Assembly: GCF_004010195.1 (NCBI RefSeq)
Contig: NC_057756.1
Span: 9,390,592 to 9,425,944, forward strand
DNA length: 35,353 nt
Direction of reading: 5' to 3'
DNA from: Chiloscyllium plagiosum
Taxonomy: Eukaryota
In this document: positions 10,098 through 21,500 of the stretch, in pieces
How the letters are laid out: each line of letters opens with the position of its first letter
How positions within the stretch are numbered: position 1 is the stretch's first letter
Notes under the pieces: generated by a model
The model's input: the letters and a program-made list of their open reading frames with translations, nothing else
What the model was told of the DNA's origin: nothing
Database searches by the model: none
Translations under genes and position numbers: made by a program

Positions 10098-13000
10098 CTG
10101 CACAAAGTGAGGGACAGCAAAAGACAAAAAAAGATAGCTTTTAGTGGAACACAAAGCAACATGTTTGAAAGTGCGATGGCAGAATCAAACACACACAGAC
10201 ATGGGGTTCAAGATGCCAATTGTACCTTCTGTCTCTCAGCTGTCATGAGACACTCACTCTTAAAAAGCTACCACCCCCAGTGAATGTAGCTGAGCGAATG
10301 CCATCTCCTGGAATACTCCACCCTTTCACCCAACCAGCACCCCCCACCTCCCAACAAACCCCCATGTCAACCACCACATCAAATGTCTTTTAAACGTTGT
10401 AACTGTATCAGCATCCACCATTTCCTCTGGCACTTCCCTCCACACACTAACCACTCTTGGCGCAAAAAGGTTGCCCCTCACGTCCTTTCTAAACCTTTCT
10501 CCTCCCACCTTAAAAAATATGCCCCCTAGTTTTGAATTTGCCCACCCTAGGGGTAAATACCTTGGGCATTCACCTTAACCATACCCACCATGATTTTATA
10601 AACCTCGATAAGGTCACCCCTTAGCCGATTATGTTCCAGTGAAAAAAGGTCCCAGTCTATTCAGCCTCTCCTAATAACTCAAGCCCTCCATTCCTGACAA
10701 CATCCTGGTAAATCTCTTCTGAACCCTCTTCAGCTTGATCATATCCTTCCAAGAACAGGGCAACCAAAACTGCACACAGTATTTCAGAACAGGCCACGTC
10801 AACATGTTGTCCCAAACTCGGATACTGAAAGGACTGAGGAATGAAGGTAATTTGTGCCAAGTGCCTCATTAACCACCCTGTTGACCTGTGATGCAAAAAT
10901 TGCAACATTTAAAAGGCATTTGGATGGGTATATGAAAAGGAAGGGTTTGGAGGGATATGGGCCGGGTGGGACTAGATTGGGTTGGGATATCTGGTCGGTG
11001 TGGACGGGTTGGACCGAAGGGCCCGTTTCCGTGCTGTACATCTCTATGACTCTATAAACCGCTGGGTCTCTCTGTTCTACAACACTACCCAGGGCCCTAC
11101 CATTCATTGTATAAGTTTGTTTGTTTTACCAACATGCAAAACCTCACACTTAACCAAATTAAACTCCAAAGCCCTACGTCTGACTTCAACTCAAAAGCTA
11201 TACAGAGCGGACAGTTCTCAGAGCTCAGCCTAAGCTGACACGAGCATTAAACTTGGACTGAGCAGCACAGTGCTCTTAAACAAAAAAGGCACATAATATA
11301 CAGAAGCAGTAACTCCATTGGATAGCGACAGCGGTAAGCTGCTTAGATGGCTCGGTTCAATCTTTGATTGCGGGGCAACATTTTCAGTGCTCAGTCCAGT
11401 TAACGACAAACACCCGTTTCCGACCTGTACAGACGCAGTGCCACCTTGTGTTAGTGCCTGTGAACTGAGCTGGGATGCAGTGTGTATGTGGAAACTGATT
11501 CTCAGTCTGATTTCACTGCCTGGAATGTGTACACTAACTCCTTAATTCTACTTTGTCCCATGTTTACCTTTGCACTGATCAATAGGGACAAGTGGTTAAT
11601 TCTGTCTGACACCAGGACCCCCACAATAAGGATGTTACAAAGCAGAGTAGCAGCAGGTCATTCAGCTGACAACCCCCTTCAACCAGACATCACCCAGTCT
11701 TCCAGCCAAACTTCCCTCCAGCCCCTACACCCCTCCCTATTGTCTGTAACCTCCTCCAGCCCCTACACCCCTCCCTATTGTCGTAACCTCCTCCAGAACT
11801 TATATCCCTCCTTTATCCCTGTACCTCCTCCAATCCCAGCCCCTCATGAATTCCCCCAATTCCTACCCCTCCGTCCCTGGCCGCCATACTTGGGGCCTTG
11901 AGCTCTGGAATCCCCTCTCTCAACCTCTCCTTCTCTCACATCCTTTAAAAGAGCTCCTGAAAGGGAAACCCGTCCTTCTCGACAGAGATTCTTGGACGAT
12001 ATGTCCCGCCGTTGTCAGTGTCACACTTTAGGTGAAATGGTTTGGGCCATCTCGTGAGACATCCCCATCCCAGCAGATGGTGCCATCCAACTCTAAACCC
12101 GAAGGCTGGGGATTGGAAATTCCCCTCCTAACCGATGGTCCTGTCACAGTCCTGAGGGAACACTGCGTTGCCAACAGTACGGTCTTTCAGATGTGACACA
12201 TCCAGAAGACCTTTCAGTTCAGATGTGAAAGATCATGAAGGGATTTCCCCGGGGGGGGGGGTACTGAAGAGAACCCTGAATATTACCAAGTTGCTGTTTG
12301 TGGGAATCGGCGCTGTGGCAAATTGGTTTCCGCATTCCCTCCGTTATAACAGCGTCATTTCCTATCGGCTGTAGAATGCGCTGGGGCATCCTGTGGCTCT
12401 GAAAGGCGCTAAAGAAATGCAAGTTATAGTGGCACTCACAGAAGAGTCATCCCTTTTTCATTCCTCTTCGCTTTGCATTTGTAAGCGATGATGCCGATAA
12501 TCACCAAGAAGAGGACCCCAGCTGGAATCGCTATTGCTAGAATCAGGTTCATGTCACTCAGTTGCAGTGAGCTCAGTGGTTCTGAGGGAAGAAACACAGA
12601 AAAGAGTAGTCTAGCTGTAAGCCATTGGTGTGATTAAACATATATCAGCAGAGTGCTATAAATTGACACAAATCTGCACTAGACACACCATGGCGTCTGC
12701 AAGAGCAGGTCAGAGGCTGGGAATCCTGCAGCGGGTAACTCCCCTCCTGACTCCCCAAAGCCTGTCCACAAAGCACAAGTCAGGAGGGTGAGGGAATACT
12801 CCCCACTTGCCCTGGATAGGGGGGGCAGCGCCAACAACACTCGAAGCTCGACACCATCCTGGGACAAAGCAGACCCCGCTTGATTGGTCCCACATCCACA
12901 AACATCCCCTCATCTACCACCAATGCTTAACAGCAGCAGTGGGTACCACCTACAAGATAACTGGATGAAAATATTCCTCCTCATCTCTGTCTTAAATACA

Positions 13001-16000
13001 CAACCCCTTATTCTGAGAGGATACCCTCTGGTCCTTGACTTTCCCACATCGGGAATCAACCTGTCCACATCCACCCTGTCAAATCCTCTAAGACACTTGT
13101 ATGTTTCAGTGAGGTCACCTCTCATTATTTTAAACTCCGGCAAGTACAGGACCAACCTACTCCACCTTTCATAGAAGACAATCCCTCCATTCCTAGGGAT
13201 TCCAAGTGAATCTTCTCTGGATTGCCTCCAATTCCTACCAGGCAAAGGTGAGGACTGCAGATGCTGGAAACCAGAGTTTAGATCAGAGTGGTGCTGGAAA
13301 AACACAGCAGGTCAGGCAGCATCCGAGGAGCAGGAAAAATTGACATTTCGGGCAAAAACCCTTCAACAGGAATGTTGGATTCCTGATGAAGGGCTTTTGC
13401 CCGAAACGTCGATTTTTCTTGCTCCTCGAATGCTGCCTGACCTGCTGTGCTTTTCCAGCACCACCCTGATCTAAACTCCAATTCCTGCCAATCTATCTTT
13501 CCTTAGACAACGGGTGCAAAGTTGTTCAGCTGTGGTCAGACTAGATGCTGACATCATGAGAAAAGGCGATCGAGGCAGAGGGAAAGGTAAAGAGAAGATT
13601 TACAAGGGCAATACCAGAAATATGTGGAAGTATAGTTCAGACAAAAAGTGACAGGCTAGGGCCTCCCTTTTGGAGAAAGAGGGGTAACTTACTATCGGGC
13701 AGAAGGTATAAATTTCTCAATACACATACAAACAGATTTAAGAACAGCTTCTTCCCAAGTGTTACTTTTGAACAGACCTCTCAAATGTTAGTGCTGATCT
13801 CTCTCTCTCTCTCTGCACCACTGTATTTTACCCTGTGTTCTGCCACCCTAATGCACTCTGCGTGGTACAATCGACCCAGATACCATGCCAAACAACACTT
13901 TACTCTGTATCTTGGTACACGTGACAACAATAATTCAAACTCAAAACAATGAATGGATTTGACAGACTGGATGCAGGGAGGAAGAGGAAGACAAGAGCTC
14001 TTGATCTAAGATAATGTTTGAGGGGTCCAGTGGGGACCCCAGGACAAACATCCACACCCAGGGAGGGGGGAGACAAATGGAAATCCCTCCTGGACAAAGT
14101 AGTTGTACTAAGTTAGGGGAAACTAGTTAAGCGAGTGAGAGGTAAGGGAAGAGGAGGTTATAATAGAGGATTTTGTTAAAAAAGGTGCAAGGAGGCGGAA
14201 ATGGAGTCTACACTCCAGAACATAATAGTTGATCTGAATGAACTATTGCTTTGATGGGTGGCACAGTGGTTAGCACTGCTGGCTCACAGCGCCAGAGACC
14301 CGGGTTCATTTCCCACCTCAGGCAACTCTCTGTGTGGAGTTTGCACATTCTCCCCGTGTCTGCGTGGGTTTCCTCCGGTTTCCTCCCACAATCCAAAGAT
14401 GTGCAGGTTAGGTGAATTGGCCATGCTAAATTGCCTGCAATGTTAGGTGAAGGGGTAAGTGTAGGGGAATGGGTCACGCTTCGGCGAGTAATCTAATATG
14501 GAGAAATTAGATTAGATTCTCTACAGTGTGGAAACAGGCCCTTCGGCCCAACCAGTCCACGCTGAACCTCCAAAGAGTAACCCACCCAGATCCATTTCCC
14601 TCTGACTAATGCACCTAACACTACAGGCAATTTAGCATGACCAATTCACCTGACCTGCACATCTTTGGACTGTGGGAGGAAACCGGAGCACCCGGAGGAA
14701 ACCCACGCAGACACGGGGAGATGGTGCAAACTCCACACAGTCACCCGAGGCTGGAATCGAACCTGGGACCCTGGTGCTGTGAGGCAGTAGTGTTAACCAC
14801 TGAGCCACCGTGCCACCTCTATACAACACACGCTCACTTAACAGGATTAAATGTGGGGTGGAAACTCTGATAGATTACAAGGTTGACAGTCATTGGGAGG
14901 AGATTAAATTCTATGGTAAGGTAGAAATTACTTGGATTGCGAAAATATCAGAGTTCATGGTCTGAGGGATAAAATATCAGACAATTTGAAACCAGTAACA
15001 GGGACAACTTCGAAATTTCTAAGTGTGATTAGCTCACCTTCCACAACCTCAATCAGAACAGATTTGGACTGGGTCAGACTTGGGAGTGAAGGGTGAGTGG
15101 CTGTGCAAGTGTAGATTCCACCTTGTTCGGGAGTGATCGTCACAATCTTCAGGTTGCTGTTTGGATAAATCCACTCATTGTCCTGTAGGAATGAGGTTAG
15201 ATTTTATTCTGTGATTCACTCCTGGTATTATTCCAGACAGAACCCCTCCATGAACTCATTGACCAGGTTCCAGTCTGTAACTCACTCCTGGATATCTATT
15301 ATTCTGTGCAAAAACTGCCCCGAATCCCGTGATTAGATTCCAGCCTGTGACTATGTCCTAGTATGTTTTCTTCTCGATATGAACCCTCCCTCTGAAAGCA
15401 TCAAATGTTCAAACCCTATATTCACATCAGTCAGAGCATTCAATCACTATAATGTAAATATTCAACAACAATACATCATTTACAGAGGGAGATTGATTTG
15501 TTGCTTGGTAATTCACATAAGGCAAAGAAATAGAATAACTCAGCTTCAACATCAAACACTCCCAGGACAGGGACAGCACAGGGTTAGATACAGAGTAAAA
15601 GTCCCTCTGCACTGTCACCCCATCAAACACTCCCAGGACAGGGACAGCACGGGGTTAGATACAGAGTAAATGTCCTTCTACTCAGCTCCCATGCTGAACC
15701 CAATAGTAGATCAGTCTCTTTGCACGATTTTCCACACCTCCCAATACTCTACGTTCCTGAAACAAGATTACTGATTTTCAGACCACAGTTGCCAACCCAC
15801 TGAGGTGAGACTGCTCCAGTTTATCTTACACAGGATCTTTGACAAAACAGTGTAGGGCCACGGTCAGTTTACAAACTTGCTTGCGAGGCGAGTAATGCCA
15901 GAGTTATAGGTTAACCCAAATGGGACGCGTTCCACCAGCCAGAGATTCCGAACGTCAGAACACCACACACATTGCAAAATGCATAAAAGATGTTTGAGGC

Positions 16001-18568
16001 TCTTCTCAACAAGGATGGTCCCAGGAACAAATGGGTCTGCACATTCGGAAAGGATAGAGAGCCACAGACTCATACAGCATGAAAAACAGACCCTTCAGCC
16101 CAACTCGTCCATGCTGACGAGGTTTCCTAAACTGAGCTAATACTGTTCATCTCAATTTGGCCCATATACCTCTAAACCCTTCCTATCCATGTACCCATCC
16201 AGAGTCTTTTTAAACATTGTGATTGTACTCATTTCTACCACTTCCTCTGGCAGTTCATTCCATACACTCCACCCTCTGTGTGAAAAGGTTGCCTTAAAAG
16301 ATCCCTTTTAAATCATTCCCCTCTCACTTTAAACTCTCTAGTTTTGGATTCCCCCCACCCCAGGGAAAAGACCTTGCCTGTTCACCTTATCCATGCCCCT
16401 CATGATTTTAATAAACTTCTATAAAGCTCACCCCTCAGCCTCCAACCCTCTAGGGACAAAAAAAAGGGTCCCAGCCTATCTAGCCTCTCCTTATAACTCA
16501 GTAAAATCCACGTAAATTCTTTTTTGTACCCTTTCCAGTTTTATAACATCCTTCCTATAGCAGAGCGACCAGAATTGTACGCAGTACTCCAACTGTGGCC
16601 TGACCAATGTCTTGTACAGCCATAACATATTGCCCTACTCCTATTCTCAATGCTCTAACTGATGAAGGTGTGAGCCCCAAACACCTTCTACACCACTTTC
16701 AAGGAACTATCTACCTGCATCCCAAGGTCTCTCTGTTCGACAATACTCTCCAGGACCCTACTATTGATCACTAAGTCCTGCTCTAGTTTGCCTTATCAAA
16801 ATGCAACACCTCACTTTATCTAAATGAAGTCTGCTCCATCTGCTACTCCTCAGCCCATTGGCTCAGTTGATCAAGATGAATAGGTTGGATCTCTGCTCTC
16901 ATGAAGGAAGGCCTTGGGCTGGGGAGGGGAGTTAAAATGATGGAATGTTCCGACTGGATGGATACACAGAGACTGGTTCGTTCCATGGCCAACAGCATGA
17001 TGATAGGCCATCAATATAAAACTGGGGCCAAGAGATTCAATCAGGCATTCAGGAGTAACGTCCTTCCCAGACTGTGGTTAGAACGTGAAATTCAGTTCCA
17101 CGAGGAATCATCGAAGTGAGTCGTAGAGGTGTATTCCTGGGGCCGGGCGAGTGGGTTAGCTCAGTTGGCTGCACACAGTTACACCAATAGCGTGGGTTCA
17201 ATTCCCGGACTGGCTAAGGTTACCACAAAGGACGCACCTTTCTCAAACTCTCCCCTCAGGTGACCTCAAGTTAAACTCGCCACCAGTTGCCCATCAATGG
17301 TGTCTTTCACCTTTATTAAGACCATAAAATACAGGAGCAGAATTAGGCCGTTCAGCCCATCCAGTCTGCTCCACCACTCGAGCATTTTTTTAAATTCATT
17401 CGTGGGATGTGGGTGTCACTGGCTAGGCCCGGCATTTATTGCCCATCCCTAATTACCCAGAGGGCAATTAAGCATCAACCGCATTGCTGTGGGTCTGGAG
17501 TCACATGTAGGCCCAGACTGAGCAATTTCCTTAGTGATGGGTTTCCCCGACAAGCAACAAGGGTTTCATGGTCATCATTAAGATTTTTAATTCCAGATTT
17601 TTATTGAATTCAAATTCCACCATCTGTCATGGTGGGATTTGAACCGAGCTCCCCAGAATGTTGTCTGGATCTCTGGATTGACAATCGAGCAAGAATACTG
17701 CGAGGACATCACCTCGCATGACTGATAATGTTTCCACAACTGCATTCTCCTGTCTTTTCCCCATTACATCCCCCTTTCATCCCTGTTTTAAAGACCCATC
17801 ACTCTGAAGCTGAGCCCGCTAGTCACAGTCTCTCCCAATGGTGGAACTTAAGGAGGAAGCGGGATGAAAGGATGGAGGGAGAAGGGAGGGAAGATGTTGC
17901 GGTTAGGGGAGGTAAGACAGGAGGAGATAGAGTGAAGGGATGACGGTTATGTCCATGTGTCATCCAGGAGGTGAGGGGACACTCCTTCTTGTCTCTATAA
18001 CTTGTTCATACCTTTCTCTTCCATTGGTACATTGGTGGCTCAGATGAGCTTGCACAACATTTGACCTCAACATCCTTTCCACGCATCACCCTCACAACGC
18101 GTGGGTCTCTCATGTAACGACTAAAGACGCTCCCAGGTTCAGAGATGGATATGCCGTTGAGATCTTTGAAACAAAACCCAAGAAGAAAAAAATATTAAAG
18201 TAGCAAGTGGAAAGAGGCGACTGAAAAGAGCCAGGGTCTTATCATAGCAAGAGCCTACGTGAGAAACATGACAGAATCATGTGAGGATCCCAATGGGAAT
18301 CACCCGAACGCGGTCACACTGTCCAAACAATTCTCAGGCATTGAGTCGAGATTCTCACTATGATAGGGAGCAGGTGGAAGGGGGAAAAGGGAGGAGGGCA
18401 AATAGGGAGAATGAATGAGACAGAAAGTGAGAGAGAAAAAACAAGGGAAAAGAATGAACGAGAGAGAAAAAAAAACGACAGAAAGCAAAACAAGAGAGAA
18501 AGAAAGAATGAACGAGAGAGAGAAGGAAAGAACTAGAGAAAAGAAGAAAGTGAGGGAGGGAAAGAGAC

Positions 18569-18599
<31 letters not shown>

Positions 18600-21500
18600 N
18601 NNNNNNNNNNNNNNNNNNNNNNNNNNNNNNNNNNNNNNNNNNNNNNNNNNNNNNNNNNNNNNNNNNNNNNNNNACACAAAGAGACAGAGAAAAAAGGATA
18701 AAGGATTAAGAGGGGAGGATGGAGAGTTGAAAAACAAAGAGGAATGGGAGAGAGTTGGAATGAAGTAAACAGGAGGAGACAATCACAGAGAGACAAGACA
18801 ATAAGTGAGTAGAGGGAAATGCAAGGGAAATCAGAGCGAAAGGGGAGAACATTTAAGGAGTCACTTACACTGAAGAGGGACAGTTATATTCTTGGAAATG
18901 AGTTGGCCATCAGTTCCATTGGAAACACATCGGTATGGACCTGCGTGCCATTTGTACATCTGCTTCACGCGAAGGAGTAATTCCCCATTGTCTCTGCTGA
19001 CATTGAAACTGTAGTACCAGCAACGGAAGGAAGTGGTGGTATCAATATTGAACCAGGACCGCAGCCACTACAACAGGAAACATTCAGTTATGTAGATCTG
19101 CCAAAGTCAGTTTACAGAATTTAAATTCCCACTTCCAGGCATGCTAGAGATGTCAATTTGGTTTTTGTCTAAAATTTTTATTTTTTATGTAATGTTTATC
19201 AAGATGAAAAACGTCATTGCTGGGTATGTGACCAGAAGAAATTCACATCAGACCCTCCTGCAGCATTCAGGGTGGTGTAATGTAGTGGGATCAGGACAGC
19301 CAGCATGCAGGCTTATTTTCTGGGGAAATGTGTGCTTCAAACCTACAATCGCAGCTGGCGGAATTAGAATTTAGTGCTCCTCTTAATGATGGTTACAATG
19401 AAACTACCATCAATGGTTAAGAAACCCTCACCAGGTTCACCTTTCAGAAAGGCCATCCTTACCTGATCTGGCCTACACATGACTCCAGACCCATAATGAG
19501 GTGAGCGACTCTGAAATGGCTCAGCGTGCCACTGAGTTCAGGGGCAATTAGTGATGGGGAGTAAATGCTGACTTAGCCAGAGACGCTGACTTCCCATTAA
19601 AGAATAAAGGAAACAGTAAAGCTCTCACTACACTGTCACCATGAAACACTCACGGAATAGGGACAGCACAGGGGTTAGATACAGAGTAAAGCTCCCTCTG
19701 CACTGCCCCCCCACCAAACAGTGCCAGGACAGGAACAGTGTCACCCCTAAACATGACCCTATCACCCTGCTATGGTTTCTTCCTGCTACGTACAGGAAAT
19801 TCCCTTCGCTTTCTCTTGTGTCAGCTCGTGGCTGTGTTACTGATAATGAAACATGTGACTGCCCGTTTAGTTCCTGAAACTCACTGGACCCTGACAAGCC
19901 TCCCTTATCACAGACAAGCATTTCTGTTCCTTCAGTGTGGAGGACGAGTTAGTTACGTTAGGTTTTAATTCTCAAGATAACACACTGCATGCGATGGAGA
20001 ACCTCACCTTGTGATACATCTGGAATCTGACGTGAGACATGTCTTGCCCCTCATCTAAACACTGCAAGATCACGTCGCTCCCTTCCACAATTGGTCCGGA
20101 GGGTTCCTTAATCGACACGTGCAATTTTGCTGCAATCCCAAAAGAAAAGTTACTCATTCAGTGAAACTGTATGCTTCAGTCCACCAGCATTCAGGAATAG
20201 AGTGGCTTCAAGTTAATGGTTGAATGGACTCAAGGCAATGGTTGAATTGTGGGATTGAATCTTTTGAATGATGTAAAGCTACAAACAGTGAGGGCCCAGA
20301 GAGTTTGAGGGATACAGGTATACAAGACTGTCACGTGGCACACAGGCAAATAGAGATAATAATCATGAATAACATTTCAATGAGCATTGGATGCTGGGAA
20401 AAAAGGAGCTGGAGATGGTCATAGAGTTTGCTCCATTTCTCAGTATGACCAAGCTGGTTTTCCACCTCAATACTCTCTACATTTATGACTTGAAATCTTC
20501 CAATGTCAGGAATATTCCTGACTCCCATGTCTGCCATTTCGATACACATGTCATGGAGTACTCCCCACTAGCCCTGGTTTGGGGGACAGCCCCAACAACA
20601 CTCGAGGGGTTTCACAACATCTAGGATGAGGCAGCCCCCACTGGATTGGCCCCCCCCATCCACAAACACCCCCTCCCTCCACCACCGACGCCCTTTAAGA
20701 TAACACCTGTTAGTTTGAAATTTGTGAAATTCAGAATCATTGGAAAACCGAAAAAACGATGTTGCTTTTTGGATCAGGAAGGATCAAACAGAAAACTGCA
20801 GCAGGTGAAAAAACATTCCCACAGCTTTTCCACGATCATTCATGAACAGCTGACTCAAAGGAGTAACTAATTCTAGGCTGCTGTGTGTACTGGACTCAAG
20901 GCAATGGTTGAATTTAACCAGGCACCTGGAAACTGAGACTGACTGGCACCATTAATAACCGACTTAGCGCTGTGACCCACCCTCTTCTCTCAGCTTAGGG
21001 TTTGCGGTTTGAGTCAAGCCCAGTGAAACGGGCTGCAAGTCTCCTGTGCTGAGTGCCTGTAAATATTCATGTCCCCAAAGATACAGCCAACATAGAGACC
21101 AGAAGTTGTACTCCCAGAAGGTGGGAGCTGATGCTATAAATGGTGTGCTTAAGGCATTTGGTTGACAGGATGGAAGGTATGGGATCAGAATTAGGCCATT
21201 CAGCCCATCGAGTCTGCACTGCCATTCAATCATGGCTGATGTACTCCTCACCCCCATTTTCCTGCCTTCTCCCCATATCCCTTCAACCCATTAAACATCT
21301 GCTTCATTCCTCCTCCTCAAACTGACTCGCTATCCCAGCACTTTGGGGGAGCGAATTCCACAGATTCTCCACCCTTTGGGAGAAGTAGTTTTTCCTCAAT
21401 AATGTTTTAGATTTGCTACCCCTTATCCTGAGACTATGACCTCTCGTCCCAGAATGGCTGTTCAGGGGAGGTTCACGAGAGAATGGTCCCAGGAATGAAA

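Larger units (their letters stand above)
12965..13545 (-). mobile_element. CR1 LINE 3' fragment interrupted by a Penelope fold-back unit
   Basis: Minus strand translates to [35 protein letters not shown]. Confidence 0.8.

Noticed and set aside
14955..15037. Read-through of exon 5 into the intron, or skipping of exon 6, giving secreted isoforms
   Set aside because: Formally possible, but there is no sequence evidence for use; needs transcript data.
18300..18796. Hydrophobic or Lys/Arg/Glu-rich ORFs spanning the N-run
   Set aside because: GA/TC microsatellite and assembly-gap artefacts.
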